37,498 nt of DNA, taken from Patescibacteria group bacterium. GTDB taxonomy: Bacteria; Patescibacteriota; Minisyncoccia; Phycocordibacterales; JBBUBG01. The stretch spans positions 122,627-160,124 of the forward strand of contig JAZKIQ010000001.1 of assembly GCA_040384765.1 (NCBI GenBank), written 5' to 3'. The first letter of the stretch is position 1, and each line of letters starts with the position of its first letter. The notes beneath the pieces were generated by a model. It was not told the origin of the DNA. It searched no databases and saw only the letters and a program-made list of their open reading frames with translations. The translations under genes were made by a program, and so were the position numbers. This document shows positions 9,375-16,634 of the stretch, piece by piece.

Positions 9375-9434
9375 TGAATATTCTCAAAAAAAGATCTAGG
9401 TTCCTTGCTTTTACCACCTTCCCCTCCTTCCTCC

Positions 9435-9662
9435 TTATTTGTGATCGTGACCTTTGTGGTCCTCTTTTGTTTGCTTCTTTGCTGACTTCGCAACCATATT
9501 CACCACCTCTCGGCCCTTGTAGGTACCACAGTTTGAACATACGACGTGTGGACGCTTTGGTGTACCACATTTTGCACACAGGGAAAGACCCGGGCTTTTG
9601 AGAGCATGGTGAGATCGTCTGTTCGCGGTATGAGCCCGCGTGTGCCGCATATGTACAACCAT
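9435..9662 (-). CDS. rpmF: 50S ribosomal protein L32 (Zn-binding form)
   Basis: [20 protein letters not shown]...CSNC; start ATG 9662 with TGgTACTGT 7 nt upstream. Confidence 0.95.
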   Translation of the reverse strand: MVVHMRHTRAHTANRRSHHALKSPGLSLCAKCGTPKRPHVVCSNCGTYKGREVVNMVAKSAKKQTKEDHKGHDHK

Positions 9663-9705
9663 GTCGAACACAGTACCAAAAAACTGTTACGGACACAAGG
9701 GCAAA

Positions 9706-9836
9706 CCCGGAACTAGATTTTGGCATTGTCTTTGCGGTTACGTACAGATACAAAGAAAGGTCTCCTGAGCTTATATGCGCCTGAGGTTCTCCAACTCACA
9801 AAAAGACTATCGCGATGCCAAAATTCAGTAACCGGG
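9706..9836. mobile_element. Degenerate MITE-like IR element
   Basis: CCCGGAACTAGATTTTGGCATTG ... CGATGCCAAAATTCAGTAACCGGG, flanked by GCAAAC/GCAAAA direct repeat. Confidence 0.55.
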
Positions 9837-9837
9837 C

Positions 9838-9889
9838 AAAAGAAAAGGGACCGGAAGGGCGCTCGTTTGCGCACTCTTTCCGGTCCCTT
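9838..9889 (-). terminator. Intrinsic terminator of orphan 9911-10429
   Basis: AAGGGACCGGAA / TTCCGGTCCCTT stem followed by U-tract on minus strand. Confidence 0.75.
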
Positions 9890-9910
9890 AGGACAGCAGC
9901 TCCTCTTCCC

Positions 9911-10429
9911 TTAGTGGAGCTGCACTTTCTCCATGATAGCGAACTGTTCCTGGACCATCTGCCCGAACTCCTCGTCCTCCACCTCAGTAAGCACTTCGAG
10001 GACAAGGGTCTCTCCAGCCTGGAGAGCGGGAACTTCATACAGCTCCCCAAACTGCTTGCGGGCGGCCAACCCAGCTTCGTGTTCGGTTGCCTTCTTGATC
10101 CTGCGTAGGAGACACTCTCGCATCTCGCCGAGCGCAGCTTTCATCGAAGCGACCAGGCTCTCGTGGTAAGCGTAATGCTCATTCAAGAGATACCCCATGT
10201 ACGGATCTGCGAGGATATCTTCAGACTTCTCGAGAAAGCGCCGCAGCTGCGCCAGGATCACGATCCGCCTAATCGGATGGTACGGATCCTCCGGAATGTC
10301 CCTGCTTCCCGCATACATGTTGTGCAGAAGCCTATTCTGGAGCAGGAAGCGCGCGAGCAGTACTGCGCCGAAAAATCGGCCCATCCCTCTCATCTGCACC
10401 TGGTTGTGAACCGTGAGCGACAGTGACAT
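9911..10429 (-). CDS. Hypothetical orphan protein (helical)
   Basis: 172 aa ORF, SD GGAGG at 10434-10438, TTGACG -35 at 10499-10504, own terminator. Confidence 0.75.
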   Translation of the reverse strand: MSLSLTVHNQVQMRGMGRFFGAVLLARFLLQNRLLHNMYAGSRDIPEDPYHPIRRIVILAQLRRFLEKSEDILADPYMGYLLNEHYAYHESLVASMKAALGEMRECLLRRIKKATEHEAGLAARKQFGELYEVPALQAGETLVLEVLTEVEDEEFGQMVQEQFAIMEKVQLH

Positions 10430-10505
10430 CGAACCTCCCGATCTATTCCGCCTGGAACCGTAGTAGTCCGATGCAACTAAAACACATTAGGTAAAAATCG
10501 TCAAC

Positions 10506-10576
10506 CCCGTTAGAACACGCCCTGCCGGAGCACCGGCACGGCTTCGGCCGCCTTGGGGCGGCCTTGCTCTAACGGG
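10506..10576. mobile_element. MITE, TIR CCCGTTAGA
   Basis: CCCGTTAGA...TCTAACGGG, flanks GTCAAC/GTCAAA, internal GC hairpins; same TIR at 25843. Confidence 0.75.
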
Positions 10577-10577
10577 G

Positions 10578-11168
10578 TCAAATCCTCACAAACTCTTTCA
10601 AAAACGACCTCCGGTGACATGGCAAGAGGCCATGCGTACGAATAGCCTCGTAGTGGCGCGCGGTACCGTACCCCTTGTGCTTTTCAAACCCATACTCGGG
10701 GTGAGCTTTTCCGAGCTCGTTCAACCGTCGATCGCGAAGCACCTTGGCAGCGATCGAGGCCATTGCAATGACCGACTCCTTTGCATCGCCACCAATGATA
10801 GTTCGCTGGCGCAGATACTCTCTCGGCACAAAAAGTCCGCCATCAAGAAGCACTTCTGTGCTCGCAGGATCTACATGGAGCCGCTCTATGGCCGTATGCA
10901 CCGCACGGAGTGTGGCTTGTCTTATATTAATCCGGTCGATCACCTCTTCGCTCTGAAACGAGACGGTGAAGCGTAGTGTTTTTCGCTCGCACTCCTTTTC
11001 GATAAGCGAAAACCATTTCTCTCTTCCCTTCTCGGTAAGCTGTTTTGATTCCTTTACCCCTTCAAAAATCTTCATTGCCTCAGGATCCAAACAGGCAAGC
11101 GCGCACGCCGCCACCGGCCCCGCTATCGGCCCCCGACCTACTTCGTCTATTCCGACGAGAATACTCAT
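10578..11168 (-). CDS. rnhB: Ribonuclease HII
   Basis: GIDEVGRGPIAGPV, LLDG, ASIAAKVLRD, HKGYGT, HRRSF; TACAAT 6 nt before ATG. Confidence 0.97.
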   Translation of the reverse strand: MSILVGIDEVGRGPIAGPVAACALACLDPEAMKIFEGVKESKQLTEKGREKWFSLIEKECERKTLRFTVSFQSEEVIDRINIRQATLRAVHTAIERLHVDPASTEVLLDGGLFVPREYLRQRTIIGGDAKESVIAMASIAAKVLRDRRLNELGKAHPEYGFEKHKGYGTARHYEAIRTHGLLPCHRRSFLKEFVRI

Positions 11169-11182
11169 ATCGAGATTGTACC

Positions 11183-11223
11183 AAAAGAAAACTCCCGACC
11201 GCCTTCAGAGGGCGACCGGGAGT
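11183..11223 (-). terminator. Intrinsic terminator
   Basis: ACTCCCGGTCGCC-ctctgaa-GGCGGTCGGGAGT-TTTCTTTT on minus strand. Confidence 0.8.
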
Positions 11224-11671
11224 GGGCACTAGGAACTATGAGCCGTTGACACGACAGCTGTCAGGCTGCACTCGTGGAGTCGGCTCGGACTCGTAAAACT
11301 GGCTGCGCGTACCTACCCAGTGATCAACGCCGGATCAGCAAGCCGGAGGACTTGCATTACGACAATGGCCTTTGGCACAGCAGAGGCGGCAAACACCAGC
11401 AGGAAAGCAATCGCTCTCCACATGACGGAATTTCTAGCCCCGTTTAGGTCGAGCGTGCAGAGCTCGGAGCCTGCACAGCTTTCAGAGAGACCTTTCGGCC
11501 TCATGAGCGCAAATGCGACAACGAACCGTAGCGGGTTAGACCGCGCCTGGACCATTGCGCAACCCATACAAACACCAAGGAGGTGGTGGGCAGGGCATGC
11601 CATGTCGATCGAGGCTCTCCTCAGATTAAGGAACTCGTCGAGTATGACACCGACCTTTCCACTGCATGAGC
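11183..11671 (-). other. Candidate structured transcript C, possibly encoding a 36-aa hydrophobic peptide (11313-11423)
   Basis: TGcTATCTT extended -10 at 11678-11686, hairpins (GAGGCC-GAAA-GGTCTC; GTGCAG..CTGCAC), terminator at 11183. Confidence 0.35.
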
Positions 11672-11742
11672 AGAAGTAAGATAGCACGAATCCGGCAAAA
11701 AAGTGATGCTCCAACATTTCAGTCGCCAAATAGGGTCTAATT

Positions 11743-11777
11743 AAAAAGAGAACCCCAGACCGTTGCCGGTCTGGGGT
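11743..11777 (-). terminator. Intrinsic terminator (GCAA tetraloop)
   Basis: ACCCCAGACCG-GCAA-CGGTCTGGGGT-TCTCTTTTT on minus strand. Confidence 0.85.
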
Positions 11778-12122
11778 AGGTGTGTTAACGCGTCCAGCAC
11801 GCAGCTGGTACAGCGGGGCCCCACCGGGTGCCCTTGCAGGAATCCATCGCCCACCATCAGCCGAAGCGTCAGGGGGCATTGGGAATCAGGGGCTAATGCC
11901 CCTAATATTTACAAATTGGCTTAGGAGGAGTTCGCCTCCCTCGCCGGGTGGATGTTCAGCGCCAGCGAGGGAAGCAAGGGGTTTGCGAAGACATCAAAGA
12001 GAATGATATTCCGCAGGACCCCAGCGACCCCTCTGGTCGCTCTTTCCACGTTCCATACCTTCCTTTCACCAGCACCGCACCGCCCGCCTGTTGAGACGAA
12101 GCTTCTAGCGGCCAAGCTGATA
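11743..12122 (-). ncRNA. Candidate structured non-coding transcript B (~380 nt)
   Basis: Bounded by consensus-like promoter and terminator; successive hairpins; no convincing ORF (only a 20-codon SD-led one). Confidence 0.45.
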
Positions 12123-12128
12123 AAGTTT

Positions 12129-12156
12129 ATTTTAGCATGAATCAAATTTATGTCAA
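12129..12156 (-). promoter_or_regulatory. sigma70 promoter TTGACA-N16-TAAAAT with TG extension
   Basis: Direct match on minus strand in an AT-rich patch. Confidence 0.75.
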
Positions 12157-12204
12157 TAGCTTCGAAAAACCTTGTTTCCTGTCCACCTCCCCACAACCAC
12201 TAGT

Positions 12205-12315
12205 CCCCGAACGCCGTGCTCTTTTTAAAAGACTAGGGAGCGCGACTGGCGCGAGCTCGAGGAATTTTTTAGTAAAAAAATATCCGTACTTTTAAAAAGA
12301 GCACGGCGTTCGGGG
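12205..12315. mobile_element. MITE-like element with perfect 27-bp TIRs
   Basis: CCCCGAACGCCGTGCTCTTTTTAAAAG (12205-12231) and exact reverse complement (12289-12315). Confidence 0.75.
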
Positions 12316-12337
12316 CTTTGCTATAATCCCTCCATCT

Positions 12338-15300
12338 ATGGCCGACAAAGCACCTGAAATTCCAAAGGGACCGACCAAGCCAGGCTCAGATGGGCGCCTC
12401 CCCTTTGTCCACCTGCATACTCACTCGCACTACTCCCTTCTCGACGGACTTTCAAAAGTCGACGAGATGGTGAAGCTCGCCAAAAAATACGAGATGCCGG
12501 CCCTCGCGATTACCGACCACGGCAACATGTACGGCGCCGTCGAGTTTTATCAATACGCAAAAAAAGTAGGCATAAAGCCGATCATCGGCGTCGAGACATA
12601 CATAGCCAACCGCACCCGCTTCGATAAGCAGCCGGGCATCGACAACCAACGCTACCATCTCACCCTTCTTGCCAAAAACTTCACTGGCTACCAAAACCTC
12701 ATAAAAATGGTGACGGCTGCAAACCTCGAGGGCTACTACTATAAGCCGCGCATGGACAAGCAGCTCCTTCGCGACAATCACGAAGGGATTATTGCCCTCT
12801 CAGGCTGTCTCGGAGGTGAATTTTGCGACGCCCTCCGCAACAACGATGAAGAGAAAGCAAAGCAGGTAGCCCGCGAACACCAAGAGATCTTTGGGAAAGA
12901 GAACTACTTTCTCGAGATCATGCATCACCCAAACATCGAGGGGTTCAATGACGTAAAAGCAAAGATCATCAAGATGTCGAAAGAGCTCGACATACCGCTC
13001 GTAGCGACCCAAGATTCGCACTATCTCCACAAGGACGACGCGCGCGCCCAAGATGCGATGCTCTCGATCCAGACCAACAGCGACCTCACCCAGGTCGACC
13101 GCTTCACGATGTCCGACGAGGACTACCATTTCATCAACACCGATACTGCCTACAAGCATTTTGCTGAGTGCCCGGAAGCGGTCGAGCAGACCTCAAAGAT
13201 CGCCGATATGTGCGATGTCGAGATCCCCCTCGGCAAATGGTATTTCCCTGATCTGCGAACTGAGGATGGAAAAACCTTTGACGAGAAGCTTCGTGAGATC
13301 ACCTATGCAGGTATCGAAAAGCGAAAACTCGATCCAACCGACAAAGTGCTGCTCGACCGCATCGAGTACGAGCTTAAGATCATTCAGGACAAAGGGTACT
13401 CTCCGTATTTCCTCGTAGTGGCCGACCTCCTGCGGTACGCCGCCGAAAGCGGTATCTACACCAACATTCGAGGTTCTGTTGCAGGCTCTGTGGTTACTTA
13501 TCTCACCGGTATCACAAAAGTGCATCCGATCGAGTACAAGCTCCCGTTTGAGCGCTTTCTCAACCCCGAGCGTCCTTCCGCGCCTGATATCGATATGGAC
13601 TATGCGGACAACCGCCGAGACGAGATGCTCGACTATGTGCGCAACAAATACGGCGCGGACAAAGTAGCCCAGCTCGGCACCTTTGGTACCATGATGGCCC
13701 GCGGCGCTGTGCGCGATGTGGCGCGAGCTCTTGGGCACCCGTACGCAATTGGCGACCGCATCTCAAAGATGATCCCTATGGGCTCCCAGGGCTTTCCTAT
13801 GACAATCGACCACGCAATGGAGCTTATGCCTGAGCTCCGAGATGCGTACGAAAAAGAGGCCGACACCAAAGAGATCATAGACCTCGCCAAAAAAGTCGAG
13901 GGGTGCGTGCGGCACGTATCGGTGCACGCAGCGGGCGTTGTTATTTCGCCAACCCCCCTTACCGACTTCACCCCAACACAGCTCGATCCAAAGGGAGGCA
14001 AAGTGATCACCCAGTACGACATGTATGTCATCGAAGATGTCGGCCTTCTGAAGTACGATTTTCTTGGCATTCGAAACCTCGCAATTTTGCGTGACGCAGT
14101 GCGCATTGTAAAAAGAACCCACGACGTTGATATCGACATCGAGGATATTCCACTCGATGACAAGAAAACGTTCGGCATGCTCGCACGCGGCGAAACAATG
14201 GGCCTCTTTCAGCTCAACGGTTCGGGGATGACGAAATATTTGAAGGAGCTCAAGCCAACCACGATCCACGACATCAACGCTATGGTGGCGCTCTACCGCC
14301 CGGGACCGATCGAAATGATCCCGGAGTATATCAAGCGCAAACACAATCCAAAGCTGATCTCATACCTCGATCCGCGCCTCGAGCCGATCCTTGATGCCTC
14401 GTTCGGAGTGATCACGTACCAAGACGATGTTATGTTGACCGCTATTCACCTTGCAGGATACTCATGGCTCGAGGCAGACAAGCTGCGCAAGGCGATGGGA
14501 AAGAAAATTCCCGAGGAGATGGAGGCGCAAAAAACAAAGCTCCTCGAAGGCTTCGAAAAGAATGGGCTTTCAAAAGAGAAGTCTATGGAGCTTTGGACCT
14601 TGATCGAGCCGTTTGCAGCGTACGGATTCAACAAGGCACATGCTGCCTCCTATGGCCGCGTCGCCTACCAGACGGCGTACATGAAGGCGAACTATCCTGG
14701 TGAATATATGACCGCAGTACTCTCGGCAGAAGCAGGAGACGTAGAGGAGGTGTCTGCCGTGGTGGAGGAGTGCAAGCGCATGCAGATCCCCGTACTCCCC
14801 CCAGATATCAACGAATCGTATAGCGACTTCACGGTGATCAAAGCAACCACCGGCGCCATAGAAGGGACTCCAGAAAACGTGGATCGCATCCGGTTCGGTC
14901 TTTATACAATTAAGAACTTCGGCGCAGATATTGGAGACGCAATCATCAAGGAGCGTACCGAAAGTGGAAAATTTACCTCATATTCAAATCTACTGGAGCG
15001 TATTCACCATAAGGGCCTTAACAAAAAATCTCTTGAGGCCCTGATCAAGACAGGAGCCCTCGATGCTTTTGGAGAGCGCGGAGCCTTTCTCGCCAATATG
15101 GATGAAGCGCTCGCGTATCATAAAGATGCGATTGCAGAAAAATCACAAGATTCACTTTTTAGCCTCTTCGGCGAGGCGGATACGAAAGCACTTCCCGGCC
15201 TCAAGCTCAAACCCGCAGAACCCGCTGCAATGATGGAAAAGCTCACTTGGGAGAAGGAGCTGCTTGGCCTGTACGTTTCGGGCCATCCACTCGATCGCTA

Positions 15301-15601
15301 TCGAGATAAATTCAAAGAGGAGAACAGTATTAAAGCGGCCAAAGAGCTTGGCAATGGCCGACCAGCTATTATCGCAGGGCTGGTGACAGAAATACGTCCT
15401 ATTATTACCAAAAAGGGCGACCAGATGGCGTTTGTGAAGATCGCAGACTTTACGGATATGATAGAGGTCGTCCTTTTTCCTCGCACCTATGCAGAGTGCA
15501 AGGCCACCCTTGTCCCTGAAGCGTGCGTCGCAATACGCGGCTCTATCTCAAATCGCAACGATGAGATGTCGCTGATCGGCGAAGCAATAAAGATCCTGTA
15601 G
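12338..15601 (+). CDS. dnaE: DNA polymerase III alpha subunit
   Basis: PHP HLHTHSHYSLLDG, FERFLNPER, PDIDMD, YGFNKAHAASY, C-terminal OB fold; TGcTATAAT upstream. Confidence 0.98.
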   Translation: MADKAPEIPKGPTKPGSDGRLPFVHLHTHSHYSLLDGLSKVDEMVKLAKKYEMPALAITDHGNMYGAVEFYQYAKKVGIKPIIGVETYIANRTRFDKQPGIDNQRYHLTLLAKNFTGYQNLIKMVTAANLEGYYYKPRMDKQLLRDNHEGIIALSGCLGGEFCDALRNNDEEKAKQVAREHQEIFGKENYFLEIMHHPNIEGFNDVKAKIIKMSKELDIPLVATQDSHYLHKDDARAQDAMLSIQTNSDLTQVDRFTMSDEDYHFINTDTAYKHFAECPEAVEQTSKIADMCDVEIPLGKWYFPDLRTEDGKTFDEKLREITYAGIEKRKLDPTDKVLLDRIEYELKIIQDKGYSPYFLVVADLLRYAAESGIYTNIRGSVAGSVVTYLTGITKVHPIEYKLPFERFLNPERPSAPDIDMDYADNRRDEMLDYVRNKYGADKVAQLGTFGTMMARGAVRDVARALGHPYAIGDRISKMIPMGSQGFPMTIDHAMELMPELRDAYEKEADTKEIIDLAKKVEGCVRHVSVHAAGVVISPTPLTDFTPTQLDPKGGKVITQYDMYVIEDVGLLKYDFLGIRNLAILRDAVRIVKRTHDVDIDIEDIPLDDKKTFGMLARGETMGLFQLNGSGMTKYLKELKPTTIHDINAMVALYRPGPIEMIPEYIKRKHNPKLISYLDPRLEPILDASFGVITYQDDVMLTAIHLAGYSWLEADKLRKAMGKKIPEEMEAQKTKLLEGFEKNGLSKEKSMELWTLIEPFAAYGFNKAHAASYGRVAYQTAYMKANYPGEYMTAVLSAEAGDVEEVSAVVEECKRMQIPVLPPDINESYSDFTVIKATTGAIEGTPENVDRIRFGLYTIKNFGADIGDAIIKERTESGKFTSYSNLLERIHHKGLNKKSLEALIKTGALDAFGERGAFLANMDEALAYHKDAIAEKSQDSLFSLFGEADTKALPGLKLKPAEPAAMMEKLTWEKELLGLYVSGHPLDRYRDKFKEENSIKAAKELGNGRPAIIAGLVTEIRPIITKKGDQMAFVKIADFTDMIEVVLFPRTYAECKATLVPEACVAIRGSISNRNDEMSLIGEAIKIL

Positions 15602-15651
15602 CTCTTTCGGCCTTACCTACCGTTGCTCTCTCAAGCCGAAAGAGCTATGCT
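15599..15651 (+). promoter_or_regulatory. Hairpin overlapping dnaE stop with embedded promoter TTGCTC-N17-TATGCT
   Basis: 13-bp IR TAGCTCTTTCGGC / GCCGAAAGAGCTA; -35 at 15623, -10 at 15646. Confidence 0.5.
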
Positions 15652-15689
15652 CATGGCAGACATACACTTGACGAAGGGGGATAGGTATT

Positions 15690-16232
15690 ATGAGCTTTTT
15701 GGGTGTCATCATTCGGGATCTGAAAAATCAGTACCCCGAACTCGAGGAACAGGAACTGTTTCTGCTGGCGGATGTGATTCACAAGACGAACGAGAAGATC
15801 TATCACAAGGACTTCCCCGCCGTACTCGAGGATATCGACAACGAAGCAACCTTCACCCGCCGCGAGCGAGAAAAACTGGCAATCATTCTGGTCGAGTACT
15901 ACAGCTGCGGTGGCTGGGACGTCCACGCTGAAGTGAGAGGCGGAGAGAACGACCCTCTCTACTTCCGGCTATCGCCAAAGAGGAGCGGTAAACCGGCAAA
16001 CGACGGCGAAGTGTGGCAATTCATCAAGGAGGATACCCACTCCGATCTTCCTATCACCTGTTACCGCGGGTATCGTCCGAAGACACGCGCCGAGCTGACT
16101 GAACGCTTCAGTGAGTTCATCAAGGTACCCCGCAAGAGCGTGCTTACGCCGGAGATGGATTCATGGCTCAAGAAGATCATGGGCCGTCTCGATACGAAGG
16201 TCCCTAAGCGGGGAAAAGCGAAGAAGAAGTAG
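15690..16232 (+). CDS. Hypothetical orphan protein
   Basis: 180 aa ORF, G-rich SD-like AAGGGGG upstream, basic C-terminal tail. Confidence 0.75.
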   Translation: MSFLGVIIRDLKNQYPELEEQELFLLADVIHKTNEKIYHKDFPAVLEDIDNEATFTRREREKLAIILVEYYSCGGWDVHAEVRGGENDPLYFRLSPKRSGKPANDGEVWQFIKEDTHSDLPITCYRGYRPKTRAELTERFSEFIKVPRKSVLTPEMDSWLKKIMGRLDTKVPKRGKAKKK

Positions 16233-16233
16233 T

Positions 16234-16392
16234 ATGGAAAGACCACGCTGCCCGCAGTGCCAGAGAATCGCACCATGCCTATGGCATAGCCCTCGCAGAT
16301 GGTGCAGGGAGTTCGCAATCATAATCGGGCTCCTTGGTCTGTGGGCCCTCTTTATCTGTCTCATCCGCTACCTTCGGGGAGAGTGGCGCTGA
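16234..16392 (+). CDS. Small membrane protein with CxxC motif (52 aa)
   Basis: MERPRCPQCQRIAPCLWH followed by a TM helix; starts 1 nt after previous stop and ends before a terminator. Confidence 0.55.
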   Translation: MERPRCPQCQRIAPCLWHSPRRWCREFAIIIGLLGLWALFICLIRYLRGEWR

Positions 16393-16408
16393 AACCGGAA
16401 AGCGCGTC

Positions 16409-16448
16409 AACTGCCGCTCAAATGAAAATGAGCGGCAGTTTCTTTTTT
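16409..16448 (+). terminator. Intrinsic terminator
   Basis: AACTGCCGCTCA-loop-TGAGCGGCAGTT-TCTTTTTT. Confidence 0.85.
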
Positions 16449-16610
16449 AGAGGGTGTCCAAAAACCTCATTCCGGCTCTGCGGACTCTGGTTTTGGGCTG
16501 CGACACTTCGTCTCAACCTCACCATATCTCGATATGCTTCGGTCTCCGACTCGTGTCTCGCCGTCAAAACCAGAATCCTCGGCACGAAAGCAGATTTCTG
16601 GACACCCTCT
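16449..16610. mobile_element. MITE-like element with interrupted-hairpin interior
   Basis: TIR AGAGGGTGTCCA / TGGACACCCTCT, inner CTGGTTTTG / CAAAACCAG, GAG/GAA internal loops on minus strand. Confidence 0.7.
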
Positions 16611-16634
16611 GGAGCAGCTTGTACTATGAACTTT

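Noticed and set aside
9692-9740. GGGCAAACC resembling a c-di-GMP-I riboswitch P1
   Set aside because: The downstream GNRA loop and GGGACGCAAAGC are absent, it is antisense to rpmF, and it is explained by the MITE flank
11480-11507. Hammerhead-like CTCATGAG-GCCGAAAGGT..GAAA on the minus strand
   Set aside because: The core is CUCAUGA rather than CUGAUGA, GAAA is misplaced, and stems I/III were not found
11313-11879. 188-aa minus-strand ORF
   Set aside because: It crosses a strong terminator, has a Cys-rich non-protein-like composition and lacks a start signal
6029-12122. RNase P RNA, tmRNA, SRP, 6S or tRNA identity for the non-coding units
   Set aside because: No GAGGAAAGUCC/P4, tRNA-like ends, T-loop or SRP domain IV motif recognised by eye; an Rfam scan is still needed
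16449-16620. T-box riboswitch upstream of thrS
   Set aside because: No T-box consensus (GGTGGNACCGCG); the region is a TIR element and thrS has a leaderless -10
16299-16634. N-terminal extension of ThrRS in the ORF track (similar extensions on msrB, 6241, sortase and kinase)
   Set aside because: The extensions cross terminators, repeats or neighbouring genes; the -10 spacing or gene overlap supports the downstream ATGs
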